DNA of 64,000 nucleotides from Octopus vulgaris (Eukaryota). Shown here piece after piece: positions 11,832 to 25,167 of the stretch. Each line of letters starts with the position of its first letter. Position 1 is the first letter of the stretch. Below the pieces are notes generated by a model, which did no database searches, was not told where the DNA came from, and worked only from the letters and a program-made list of their open reading frames with translations. The DNA lies in contig OX597817.1 of assembly GCA_951406725.2 (NCBI GenBank), positions 52,204,001 through 52,268,000 of the forward strand, in the 5' to 3' direction. The position numbers were made by a program, and so were the translations under genes.

Positions 11832-12140
11832 GACGTTAAACGATGATGATCACATAGCATCAAGAAAAGGGTGTACACATACATATATATGTGTGTGGTG
11901 GGTATCTTTTTGTTACTGTCTACCAAATCTGCCCACATGGCACTGGTCAGCCTGGAGCTATAGCAGAAGACACTTGACTGCGGTGGGAGTGAACTGAAAC
12001 AAGTTTTTCAACCACAGCCATGCCTATGTCTGTTGATACAAATAGAAGCTACTATGTAAAAGACCTGTTTTCGACACAGCCTACACACCCGTATGAACTT
12101 CAAGAGAAAATTTAAAATAGCTTCTCTTCAGTTTTAATAT

Positions 12141-12607
12141 TATTTCTTTACTACCCACAAGGGGCTAAACACAGAAGGGACAAATAAGGACAAATGGATT
12201 AAGTCGATTAATATCGACCCCAGTGCGTAACTGGTACTTAATTTAAGGCAGCAAGCTGGCAGAAACGTTAGCACGCTGGGTGAAATGCCTAGCGGTATTT
12301 CGTCTACCGTTATGTGCAGAGTTCAAATTCTGCCAAGGTTGACTTTGCCTTTCATCCTTTCGGGGTCGATTACATAAGTACCAGTTACGCACTGGGGTAG
12401 ATATAATCAACTTAATCCATTTGTCTGTCCTCTCTATGTTTAGCCCCTTGTGGGTAGTAAAGAAATAGGTACTTAATTTATCAACCCTGAAAGGATGAAA
12501 GGCAAAGTCAACCTCGGCGGAAATTGAACCCAGAACGTAACGCCAGACGAAATACCGCTCAGCATTTCGCCCAGTGTGCTTACGATTCTGCCAGCTCGCC
12601 ACCTTTT
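12141..12607. mobile_element. SINE A (minus) interrupted by a SINE A (plus, 12246-12467)
   Basis: Outer TSD TCTTCAGTTTTAATAT (12125-12140 and 12608-12623). Inner TSD GGTACTTAATTTA (12233-12245 and 12468-12480). Confidence 0.92.
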
Positions 12608-12921
12608 TCTTCAGTTTTAATATCTTAAGAAGTGATAAAGTTCAAGTAAATTGTTTTGTTTTGTTACTTTAATTTTCCTCAGTATTTATAGAACAAGATG
12701 AACTGGTTCACATTGATCGCTTGAGACAGATGACATCACTCTCTTATAATGGCTTCATATTCGCAAGAAAGAAAAAAAACAAAAATCTTTCTAACCTAGA
12801 AAAACCTGACAAAGGAGAAACATAACACAAGCTATGTTTCTCCTGTATTGTGGAATTTTCTGTTTTTTTCTTTTTTTCAGCATAAGGTTTTTTGTTGCTA
12901 CCCTATTGTATTGTATTGCTG

Positions 12922-13602
12922 TAACCTTTTTCATACCAACCCACTTGAAATTGTTTCTGGTCCTATGACAAAAACATCCAGTCTCAAAACCATCTACACA
13001 AAAACCTATCAAATTGCATGTAAATTTATGTTCCAAACAACAGCTTAACCCTTTCGTTACCATATTTCTGTTGAGATGCTCTGTGTTTCTTTCAATTATA
13101 ACAAAGAATTTAGTAAAGTAACTTGGTTATCATTCAGCTAGTGTTAGGAACATAAATTGTGACTAAGGTTTGGTGGAAGATTTTAATTCAAAACTCATGA
13201 AAAGAAGACATTTATACTCAAAGCCAGAGCTGGTTCTAGCTGGGTTGGTATTGAAAGGGTTAAGAATTGTTTCTCTATTATATATTTTAACCCTTTTCGT
13301 TACCATATTTCTGTTGAGATGCTCTGTGTTTCTTTCAATTAATTTCAAATATAACAAAGAATTTAGTAAGATAACTTAGTTATCATTCAGTTAGTGTTAG
13401 GAACATAAATTGTGACTAAGGTTTGGTGGAAGATTTTAATTCAAAACTTATGAAAACAAGACATTTGTACTCGGAGCCAGAGCCAGTTTCAGGCGGGTTA
13501 ATGATGACAAAGTTATTTTACCACACTTTTTATCATATTCAAATTAATAGAAACAAAAGCAGTATATTTTCAACAGAAATATGATGAAAAAAAAAAGGGT
13601 TA
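12922..13602. mobile_element. Older TTAA MITE carrying an inverted MITE dimer (13045-13501) at an internal TTAA
   Basis: ...CAACAGC-TTAA[13045-13263 + spacer + 13287-13501]TTAA-TGATGACAAAGTT... The flanks rejoin as the family motif GCTTAATGAT. Confidence 0.85.
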
Positions 13603-16600
13603 TATCTACATAACACATTTTTAGTTAGCAAAACAGCAATTTACACCACACAAATGTAAATGTTTTTCAGTCAGGATTTTTTAATGCTTACTTTCAAATA
13701 ATAAAATTCCTAACTTCATCAACAGCTCTGGACCTTCCTGTCATCCAGACAAAATAGTTGTAATTGCTGCCTTTTTCTTATAGTTGGCAGGGAAAATCAT
13801 TGGAATGAAATTGTTAGTACTAGATTCAAAACTTCAACAATTCCAAGTCATACTTTAATCATCATCACAATGTTTAATTTTCCATACTTACATGGATCAG
13901 ATAGAATTTGTTGAGGTGGATGGCCTTCACGTTGCCAAACCTCACCTGTTTCCAAATAAGGTAATATTTCTCCATGATCAGATATGTTTCTATGACAATC
14001 ATATTCATTTACAACTATCATGTGATGTAAAGGCAAAGAGTCAGTAACACACACACACACAGAGGCAATAAGCCTCTTTTACTTTCTGTCTACCAAATCC
14101 ATTTGCAAGGCTTTCTTCAGCTCAGGGCTACAGTCGAAGGCACTTGCCTAAGGTGTCACACAGTGGGACTGCTCCCAGAACCATGTGGTTGAGGAACAAA
14201 CTTCTTACTGCACAGCCACACCTATTCCACAGTCAATAGTTATTCTCCATTCATTATTAGTGAAGTAACCGTATATTATCAGGGTGGAATATCTGTGTCA
14301 ATACGGTTAGTATTTTATCTACTAATAAAGCATCCCCTGTAAATCACCTAAATGTTTATGGAATTCTACATTCTATACGGGATGGTTACGTTAACTATTT
14401 CAATATCTAGTTATGATTTCTACAGCATAAAATGCCGAATGACTCACCGTTGCAACTGCATAGTCAGTCATTCGGTTAGTAATAAAAGCATCCCACATGC
14501 ACCATTTAATGGAACAGTTTTGAGTCATGAAATTCAAAACATTCATGTTTATATTCGTTATCTGAAGCAGGTTTTGTGAGAAATAAGCAAGCAGTTTCCT
14601 GTAGATAAGGTTTTTTTCCCTCTGAAATTAAATTTTAACCAAATACAGATGCAGGCATGGCTGCATGGTTGAGAAGCTTGCTTTGAAACTACGGTTTCAG
14701 GTTCAGTCCTGCTGAGTGTCACCTAAGGCAAATGTCTTCTATCATAGCCCCAAGCTGATCAATGCCTTGTAGTAAATCTGCTAGATGGAAACTGTGTGGA
14801 AGCCCATCTGTGTGGCATTGTATGTTTCTTTGTCCTCCACCACAGCTTGTTAACCAGTTTTGGTTTGTTTACGCTCCTGTAACTTAATAGTTCAGCAAGA
14901 GACTAACTGACTAAATACAAGCATATTTTGTGCAATCCTAGTTTGTATTCTCATACTCCAGTTGCACCTGTTCATAAAACAACAGCATCGAGATGAAGAA
15001 GCAATTCTTCTTCTAATAGACTTACCATTTCTGGCTATCACCTTACCTCTAACATAATCATCTTTATCAATATATCCCATACTTTACTGATTGGATGTAA
15101 AGTATAATTCTACAGCCTCCTCCAGTTGTAAGGATCTTGTCTCTTTGTTACACCCACATTTTCTGAGATGCCCTATTCTCTCTCTTTTTTTCTCCAGAAG
15201 ATTTCTTCCTTCAGCTGGTTTGTCCTAAACTACTGATCAGCTTTTACGTTGTGACTGGTACTAAACAACTTGTAGCTCACAACTACACACATATATATAT
15301 ATTTGTATTCCCAGCTTGGTTACCATTGTGTAGTATCTGCAGAAGAGTAATGCCAGCTGCGTACTGACAGGTAACGGATGGCATTTATTATGGTAATACT
15401 TTTTACTTGTCTACAAAAGGTGTATGATGCAGCTTCATTGTTGATTACCCTATAACAAAACAGTACTGCTAAACCCATTGTAAACTAGTTTACTATTATA
15501 TATAATGACACCAATAAATATAGTAATCATATTATCATCACCAGCCCCTGGACTTTACTGTCTCAAGTTCTAGGCTCATAAGGCAGGTTACCCGGTTTCC
15601 AAGTGATCAAGTTCACAATATTGCCCCTGAACAGGATGCCAGTCCATCATGGGTAACTTATTTGCAGTTGAGAGGACTGGAAGAATGTAAAGTGAAGTGT
15701 TTTTCTTGACAACACTACACGATGCCCAGTCCAGAATTGAAACAACAATCCTGATATCATAGCACAAAACCCTAACCACTAGGGCATGTGTTTTCACTAA
15801 TTATAATATAGGGATGTATTTATTACACGTCAAGTTTAACTGTAGGCCCATAAGACCAGCTTTCTAGTGAGGACTGCACCCAGTTGACACAACTCTACAT
15901 CATGACCATTTAGTGACAAGATGCAGTGCAGAAGAATCTTTCAGGAAATAAGAGCATCTTACAGGTTAAGAAATACAGTTTTTAAAAAAATGTAAACACT
16001 CACACACAAAGACAACAAGATGGTTATGAGTGAAATGCCTTTGATTGTAGATCTGCCCAGAGCTAAACAACTAAATTAACCCCAATTGAATTTACATCAA
16101 CCAAATTTCATCATAAAAGAATACAATTACTAAATTCTAACCAATTCCATAGACATTGGAACAAAAGTATCTATGGAAGAATTTATGGGGTGAAGGGGCA
16201 AGTCTGCGATTGTTGTATCATAATGGTGGGGCAAAAACTGAACGTTCAAAAGGCTTTTGTGAATTATAAAAAGTTAATAGCTACCAAACAATAAATGTGG
16301 GAGGAGAGGAAGAAGGAAGCTTTCCATTGAAACAGTTAGTAGTGGGATGTAAGCAAATGGAATTTATGCCTAAAATATTTAATCACAGATAAAAGCAGCA
16401 ATAAAATATACATAAAACTTTATTGTATCTAATTAAAATAGCACAACGGTAGCAACTATCATGCTGTGAAGTCAAAGGCTAGAAATATCTGACCCATATT
16501 TAATTTTTGTAGGTCAATCAGTGAATGTTTACCAGCTACTTCACTGCTGCAGTCAGGTTGTTTAATCACACCAGATTGCAATATTCAACAACAATCTCAT

Positions 16601-16652
16601 CATTAATCTACTTGCCTTAATGTACAGCAATTTTGGTTCCAATCTCAAAACA

Positions 16653-16852
16653 CCTATTTCTTTACTACCCACAAGGGGCTAAACACAAAGGGGACAAACA
16701 AGGACAGACAAACGGATTAAGTCAATTATATCGACCCCAGTACGTAACTGGTATTTAAATTATTGACCCCGAAAGGATGAATGGCAAAGTCAACCTCGGC
16801 AAATGAAATACCGCTAAGCATTTCGCTCAGCGTGCTAGCGTTTCTGCCAGCT
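16653..16852 (-). mobile_element. SINE A, internally deleted
   Basis: CCTATTTCTTTACTACCCACAAGGGGCTAAACAC...TTTCTGCCAGCT. Confidence 0.85.
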
Positions 16853-16862
16853 TGGGAGAAGT

Positions 16863-17180
16863 AATCATCATTATTTAACGTCCACTTTCCACATTGGAAT
16901 GGGTTGGGTGGTTTGACAGGAGCAAGGCCAGGGGCCACACCAGGCTCCAATTGTCTATTTTGGCATGGTTTCTATCGCTGGATGACCTTCCTAATGCTAA
17001 CCACTCTACAGAGTGTACTGGGTGATTTTTACATGGCACCAGTACCAACAGGATCGCCAAATAACTTGAAAGACAAAACCCCCTCAGCTGAGAGGAGGAA
17101 GTGGTAATGAGGTAGGATAGCTTTGTGCCAGTTGATAAGAGATTAGAGAGACAGGGATAGGTGTCCTGCCGTAAAGTGAA
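16863..17180 (-). mobile_element. Diverged RTE 3'-end fragment
   Basis: CATCATTATTTAACGTCCACTTTCC...GCTGGATGACCTTCCTAATGCTAACCACTCT. Confidence 0.8.
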
Positions 17181-17886
17181 AATGAAAGTAATATGACTGG
17201 AAAAAAAAAAAAAGATGAATGCACCATCTGCTATCATCTGAAAGGAAATTTTCTTTATATTTTGTGTCAAATTGATTTTTTTGTTTAGTCAAAGGAAAAA
17301 GGAGGTTATCGTTGTTGTAAAGTCAGCTTTTCCATGCTTCTATGAGTTGGACAAAATTTTGTTGAGATGGATTATTCTAAAGCCAAATATCCTTCTTGTT
17401 GCCAACTTACACCTGTTTCTAAGAAAGCTAGTATTTGCCAATGCCCATGTTTTCACAGAACATTCAGAATGAAGAATATTGCTTGCGTGGATAGTGCACT
17501 CATTTACAACTATCACATGATGTCGAGGCAAGGAGACAGTCTTTCTCATACACACATACAACAGCATAAATGAATTCCAGGCTAACAAGATGGGAAAACA
17601 TTGGTTAGGAGAAAATCCCAGAGAACTCTGGTTTTGGATGGGTGGCAGGATTGTGCAGTATAGTGGATGGGAAGATAAAGACTGATGGATGTGAGGTAAT
17701 ACAAATAGATCTTTTACCGGTTTCCAATCATTGGACTGCAGCCAGACAGGAGCAGTGCCTTGAAAGAGTAAGTCAAAAAAATCATCCCCAGTACTAGTAC
17801 TTATTCTATTAGTCTCTCTTGCTGGACTGCTAAGTTATGAGGACACAAACATGCCAACACTTGATGTCAAGCAGTAGCAGGGGAGT

Positions 17887-18081
17887 CAACACACAGAGGG
17901 GACAAACAAGGACAGACAAATTGATTAAGTCAATTATATTGACCCCAGTGCGTAACTGGTACTTATTTAATCGACCCCGAAAGGATGAAAGGCAAAGTCG
18001 ACCTTGGCAGAATGCAGCGGCGGACGAAATACCACAAAGCATTTCACCTGGCGTGCTAACGCTTCTGCCAGCTCGTCGCCT
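17887..18081 (-). mobile_element. SINE A, partial
   Basis: Core CGACCCCGAAAGGATGAAAGGCAAAGTCGACC...CTGCCAGCTCGTCGCC. Confidence 0.85.
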
Positions 18082-18778
18082 TTTGCTAGGAAGTTTCTGG
18101 AATTGGTCAGCCAAGGGCTATAGTAGAAAGCACTTGCTCAAAGTGCTCTGCATAAGTTCAAAAGAGAATTATAGATCTGGTAGGGGAAAAGATTTGTTGT
18201 TTTAATAAAATAGGGAAGTAACATGTCTGTGGGATGGTAATTGTTGTGTTGGGGACCAAGTTTTTGCTAAACTAAATATTCATTTCCTCTAAATGCAGAT
18301 GTGCATGTACGCACATGCATCCAAAATACGCGAACAGTATTTCAATACATATTGAGAATTTAAGAGATACAGCAACTAAACAAAACTGAGGAATTTTTTG
18401 TCCCAAAAGAGGAAAGCAAACAGACTGACATTAGTTATAGCAATATGGTTGCTATGGGAAACAAAACATCATTAATGAAGAACTAGCATTTGTAGCAAGA
18501 TCGTCAGAGAATATTTCAACCAAAAAGGGGTTAGTCATAAGAGTGCCAAACATGAGGTTATGTAAAAAGAGAATGATTTTATACAGAAAAAACACAAAAA
18601 CCAACAAATAATTTGCTGGTTTGTTGTGATCACTATATAAAATGTTTAACAAAGAAACACCCAAGCTATTCAATGCCAATTCAAATTTAGTCTTTACATA
18701 AAATGTACTAATCCTTTTGGATGTTTTTGGGTGCTGTCACAGATTTGGGCATTTTAAAATTAAGTGACAATTTCCTAA

Positions 18779-19165
18779 TCTATATATAAAGCTGAAGTTG
18801 TCTGTGTATGGTAGGTTTGGTAGCCTTCAACTAACACTATCTCCTCTGAGACCCTGCGGTGCAAGTTGACCAAAATTGAGAGTATGATAGAAGAAGGCTT
18901 GCTCTTCATTCCGTAGAAGAAAAAATTCAAATCGGACCATGTTAACACCAAAAATTATTTACATCACAAAGGTGCTTTTTTTCTATGAAAATCCCTTTTT
19001 TTTTTTTTTTTTTACTGCTGTGTCGCCATTTTTTGGTGTATTTCAACCAGAAAAATGTTCACTTAAAGAGAATAACAAGCTACATAATGCAAAATTTTTA
19101 CTTTTCAAAAATCCTAATTCTAAAAGGTCGAAAGAAACCCGAGCAACGCCAGACAATACTGCTAG
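18779..19165 (+). mobile_element. Non-autonomous Helitron, family H2
   Basis: A|TCTATATATAAAGCTGAAG...CCCGAGCAACGCCAGACAATACTGCTAG|T. Confidence 0.85.
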
Positions 19166-22100
19166 TTTGTTATATTGATGTAATCTTTCACACTGAACCT
19201 GAATTTGGGATTTGTTTATTTACAGAGATTCAAAGTTTGGTAACTTTTAGTCCAAGAAAACAGGAATTGGAAGCTGGTATTTTCTGCATTATAACTATCT
19301 GTCACAAAATGATATTGCCCATCAAAACCTGTGGTGGTGGTGGTTGAGTAGTGAATGTGTCAGATAACAGCTTTGCTTGTTACTATAGAAACAGATATTA
19401 ATATGAGAGTTATTGTCATGTGTACGGTTGTGGCTTTTGATTGGTTAAAATTACACAAAATTTGCAAACTTTAAAACCTATCAACTTTATATTATTCATT
19501 TATGGCAAAAATTAACTTCATTTTCCTAATTAGCATACAATACTTGTATACCAAATTTGGAAACACTTGGAACAAAATTGAAAATACATGAAATCTTTGA
19601 CAGCAACTGAAAAGATCTGCCTTTCCAATGTGAACTAAGCTTAGCAGAATGAGAGGATTGAGTACAGCTGTTTGGACACTGATGGCATGGCATGGCTGAT
19701 TGGACATTGAAATTATTTTCTCAATATTTTTTAGCACTGGAGGCAAACACACACACACACACACACACACAGAAATATAGTTTTAACAGGGCCTGGATGA
19801 ACATTGTAAAATCAACATGAGAGTAAACATTAACAACAGATTGTGAAGAAATAATAAAATGTGACACATTATAACAACAAAGGAACATATGGAAAACAGG
19901 GGGGAAAAAACAATGGCTGTGGACATGCTCAACCCCTCATCAATTATCAATCAAAAATCATCACAATTTCACAGTTTAGTGGTATCAGCAACATAAGTTG
20001 CTGGATTATAAATTAATGGACATGAAAGGTGAGCACAAGAAAAAAACAAGTAGAAATAAAAAGATGGTCTCCAGAATGAACAGTAAAAAGGAATTATGAG
20101 GGAAATGGGGAAGAAGATGTAAAATGACAATGTAAGAAGACTAACCAAAAAAAAAATAATAAATGTATATTTGTATACATAGAAAGCCTTTTGGCCATGT
20201 GACAGAAGTAAGGAAAGACAAGTGAAATATGAGAAGAAATACTGTTATCTCATCTGAAGCAATGCTCTTTGTGAGATGATGCAATTTCACAGTTATTTTA
20301 CTCAATAAGTTTAAAGAATAAAACGTAATACCCTTTCACTAAGCCCCACAGCAAAAGAGGTGGAATAGCAAGAGTGATAGAATGAGGAGTTAAAATATCC
20401 CATGGCATTTGGTTGTGTAAATTTTAAGTTCAAATCACAATAAAATCTACTTTCTAATGTTTTTATGTATCAATCAAATAAGAATCAGGAGAAATTTAAT
20501 TGACCAGGCTTCCCTCATTACAAATTAGTAGCTTTATACCATGTTAGAAACGAGTATTATAGATTAAAAACATCATGTACTTTTTGATGTCTACCTTCCT
20601 CAAAATAGCTGCCACATCTGTACATCACAGATTAATATAATGGACAGAATCCCTGCATGTGAACCCTTCAAAACAGACATATGCTCTAATATACAGCATC
20701 ACTATTTATGAGTAATAGAACGGGACTAGAACAATGGTTGTAACTACTAGATATTCTATGAGCTTCCTCAAGCCTTTGCCATAGCAACTCAGCATGCCAG
20801 TGGTTGCACTTCTATCAAATCATACCCTTCTGTGTTGGAAAAAGAAGGGCTGCATCAGATTACATTGTTCAAGATGTGCCGAACCAGAAAAAGATGAGAC
20901 GGTCTGGTTGGAACACCACTGATAAATGTTTACTCAATTAGGCCTGACTTGGAGCTAAATAACAACCAGAAAATTCTTCGATGGATTTTATAAAAGCATG
21001 GGAACCATCAATGATATAAATACCAATGTGCAAAAGTGTTGATAAGTACACAATTACCACCAGACATTACATGTGAGTATGGTTCAGTAACATGTACCAT
21101 GCTTTTGCTAATTGTTTTAGGTGCCAGTGTATTCATGAGCAGACACAGCATACTATTGGCCCCCTTAAAATACCCAATACAGCAGTGTTGACAGGAACAA
21201 TGAGAAATGAAGCATCTTGCTCTTATGATAGAGAGATATTTATCAAAGGGTATATATAGTCAGTAATCAAGATTTAAGGACCCCATAAGATAGCTTCTTT
21301 TTTTTTTTTTTTTTAAACATGATACAATAAGCTAACATTAACTTCTAAGAAAATCACTATTTAAAAAACATTTTTTTTTCTACAGTCAATACATAAAATA
21401 TAAGCTGTATACCTGTGTAGAATATTTACAGTAATTAAAGACATAAAATAATGAACAGAACTCAATCAAGGAGAAAACTTAATATCACATGTAATCTGTC
21501 TGTCTCTCTCAACTAGTCACATTGTGTGTGATAGTCATGCTAGTACAAAACCTCAAAGAGTATAGTTGATTAAACCAGTTATATTGTATATACCTAATAG
21601 TTATTTATTAATCTCAGAGAAAAGTAGCAAATTTGATGCTGACTGTTAAGTTTGATACTATCATTTTTGTAATTTTACAACAACAAAGGTTTTTCTCACA
21701 TTGAAACAAAGTCACAAATTTGATGGTGACAAAACACAAGACAATTAATCTGAGCCAGTACAGGACTTAATTATTTTACTGATTGTGAAAAGATGATGAA
21801 AAGCTATGCTGTTTCCAGCAAAAAAGGACATCACTAGCTACAACAAAATACTACCATTTCAGTCATTTGGCAACAAGGATCTTGTCTCATTCATTCAGAA
21901 ATAATCTGAGTTTAACACTGGAATATATATGAGTTTGGTGTGAGGAAAAGGAAAAGTTTAACCCTGCACAGGACCCTTCATCAAAGACTTCTTTTCCATA
22001 TGGTCAACTTTTGTATTTTTTGTACTTCACCCTTTGCCTATTACATATGGCACACAAGACGTATTACCCTGGTGTCCTTGCACCATATATGACACTCATT

Positions 22101-22399
22101 CCCAATGTTTTTTTTCTAGCACCACAATAACATGGGACTTATGAAAGAAAAGTATTATATCATTCAGAACATATGAAATAAGGGATAATCACAAGCTGGA
22201 AAACAACCAATGGACATTTAGGACAAACTTATGAAAATGCTTTGGACAGGCTTAGATACCAAACCAGCACCAATCTCTGCAAATCTTAATGTACATTACA
22301 ATTCAACCCAGATATATACCAGGTTATAAACAAATCTCATGGGAAAATAAAAAAGATTGCTGTATCATAATAATGTATATTGACAACAGAGAATGAATT

Positions 22400-23769
22400 C
22401 AGTTATGTTTCTTTACACTATTCACAAAAGAAATATCTGTGATTCTAATCATTGAAATACTGACAAAAACATGAATGGATTCAATTGAAAATATGCACAA
22501 TGTAATTGAAAAGAATGTGGTTTAAGAGTCGGTCGGTATTTATGAAATTAATCAGTGATAATTTATTTATTTAGTTATTTATTTATTAGTGTTCATCACA
22601 CATAATATTTCATTATAGCTGAGAGGTTATAGCCACGAACCAAGGGCTGAAATTTATGCAAATACACATAAACTGAGAAATTTCAACAAGTGTGTTTGCA
22701 CGAAACTCCAGGCCCTTGATTCAATGATGCATTCTCAAGTATAAAATAAATAAAATAATATAAGCACTCTCTATATATTGAACTCTATTTCACCTGTCTG
22801 TATAAGCAATCAAACACACATACACACAACTGATACATTGAACACAGGCACTTTATGATGGGTCAAAAAATAGCAAAGAGATGTTACATTAATGTACATA
22901 TTCAGATTTAATTTGTAACTCATCGCGAGTTCATTTTTATGTATTTTCATTTGGAAAAATAAATAAAATATCACCAATAATATCACAAATAAAATATCAC
23001 CAACAGACATATGTGAAAATAAGTGACTGATATATTTGTATAATGATTACCTAATTGGAATTACAAATTCATGTTTTGTAATTTCAATTGTACGAATATG
23101 GGGTTTGTAACGCAAGTTGCACAAATATGAAAACACAGACATCATATTCACTTAAAAATGAATTTCAGTAGACTAATAAAAATACATATAAAAGTAATCT
23201 GAATTACCATATTTGATGGCATAAAAGATGCAGAGCGTGTCAGATGCTCCCTAATTTCAGCAGTACATTTTCAGGGGAAAAGTTTTTAAAGAATGTAATA
23301 TTTAAACCAATCTTAGAGTACTTTACAAAAGCAGCGTAGTTATAGCAGAAATCATTATATTCTATATAAAAAGTTAGCAGTACAGTCGAAAACATATAAC
23401 AAGAAATTACAATATTTAGACATAATGGATTAGCTGGTACAAACAAACACTGCCAGTCCATTGTTATGGTAATTCCTTTTACAGCACAATTAATAATAAT
23501 AATTTTTAAGTAAATATTATGGAGTCAGGTTAGACAGAAGAGACCATCTGGACAAAATTAGTTTACAGATGGCCCAACTTTGCATATAAGATGCAAGGTA
23601 ATATTCTGAGACTGGAGATAATTAGAGCACCGTGTATGCCATCAAATACGGTATACAAAAAGATATGCAATACAAATTTCAAGAATACGGAAAGATCAAA
23701 AACTAAAGAAAAAAATGGAATCTTTTGTGTGTCACCACCCGACTTCAATATACTTGTTGTGTATGTTTA
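22400..23769 (-). other. Putative YTHDF 3'UTR-like or repeat-excluded segment
   Basis: About 1.4 kb without the TEs that fill the rest of the window. U-rich on the minus strand, with minus-strand AATAAA hexamers (plus TTTATT) around 22562-22587. Confidence 0.4.
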
Positions 23770-23832
23770 TTATTTTTTCTTTTGTTTTTGTTTTGTTTTA
23801 TTGTGTTTGTGTGTTTTAATGGGAATACTCAC
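23770..23832 (-). CDS. YTHDF: Possible read-through C-terminus of YTHDF if the last donor is not used ([20 protein letters not shown])
   Basis: The frame stays open for 20 codons past the GTGAGT donor to a stop at 23770 and is followed by repeat-poor, UTR-like sequence. Confidence 0.35.
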   Translation of the reverse strand: MSIPIKTHKHNKTKQKQKKK

Positions 23833-25167
23833 CTTTTTGGTAAGATCTTCCTCCTGTCGTTTCTCATAATGTCCGAAATCATCAAAGATGGACGTTGAGT
23901 GCCGAAAATTGTGCAGGATTTTCAGCACCTGCTTACCCTTTTCTGGTGGTACTTCTTGAGTGTCCCTTGAGTTGGTGACTGGCTTATTCTCATTGTTTTC
24001 CAAGCGAATGTGTCGCAATTGACTATTTGGCACATCCTTCACATAAATCCATTTCACTTCAAACTGACCTTTCCATTTGTCTTGGGCCCATACTCCACTG
24101 TTGGTGGAATAGTCCACAGGTGACATCATCTGGGCCATACCACAGAAATGTCCACTACCATTGACACTATAGAAAAGGTATACAGGACCCTTGCCCTCTC
24201 TTTCTCTGTAAGCCCCATCCAGTCTCTTATTACCATGCTCAGTGCTGCACCAAATATTATATTTTATTGATCGGTGAATGTCATCCTCAGAGTAACTTTT
24301 TATGATAAAAAAGCGAGCCCCTTTTGGATTCAGATTGAAATCTTTTGGATTATATTGATTAACAGATCGCAGCTTTTCCAAAACTGGGTGAGGTAAACTA
24401 GGAGAAGATGGAGGTCCATTCAAAGATCCTGCATTACCAACATTAGCTGAAGGTGGACTTGAGTTTCCTGATGGAGCATTGTTATAAGCTGCCATAGTAC
24501 GACGAGGTGCACTCCATACTTGTCTCCCTTGATTCGCCTGCTTGCTGTTGTTATTGTTTTTGTTATCCCAAGTACCAATGTCCATACTCTTTGGTGTCAT
24601 GGGAGCACGGGGCATAGTGCGTGCCTTAATCTGCGGCTGAGGCCGAGCTGGCTGGCTAGCTACAGCGGCCCAAGAGGTTTTCTTTGGCCCCTGTGGTGGA
24701 GATGGCCCAGCCGAACCAGGTGGACCGACTTGAATAGATCCGTCAATCACACCGGCCTGCACAGAATCATTTCCAACACCATCTGACAACTTCTTTTCTC
24801 CAGTAATGCTCATGCCCTTCAGCCCCTGCTCAACACTGTTCACAGTGTCACGATCTTGCTCTCCATTCATTGGCCCATAGCCATCAGAAGAAATCATATC
24901 AGTGCCATAGTAATCCTTGCGGGTGGCATTATTCCAATAGTCGCTGCCATTGTAATCCCAACCAAATTGGGCATATCCAAATCCACTAAAGACGCTGCTG
25001 TAGTCATAGCCCCCAAGGGGGAACACGTTGGCATCTCTTCCACTTGACCATGTTGCATCACCAACCCCTTGTCCCAAATAAGGGAAGGAGATTGGTTGGT
25101 TGTAGTAGCTTGGTAGAAATTGATCCGAGACTCCTGGACTTGACATGGGACCTGTTCCATATCCTCC
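23833..25167 (-). CDS. YTHDF: YTHDF large exon: low-complexity G/S/P/Q/Y region plus complete YTH domain
   Basis: 1335 nt open frame. Acceptor TACTAAT...TTCTCAG|GGA, donor AAAAAG|GTGAGT. Motifs [80 protein letters not shown] (aromatic-cage Trp residues intact), [23 protein letters not shown]. Confidence 0.98.

Noticed and set aside
23770-25146. 458-aa ORF as an intronless YTHDF gene or retrocopy
   Set aside because: It is bounded by canonical splice sites, and the missing N-terminal exons are present upstream in the correct phases.
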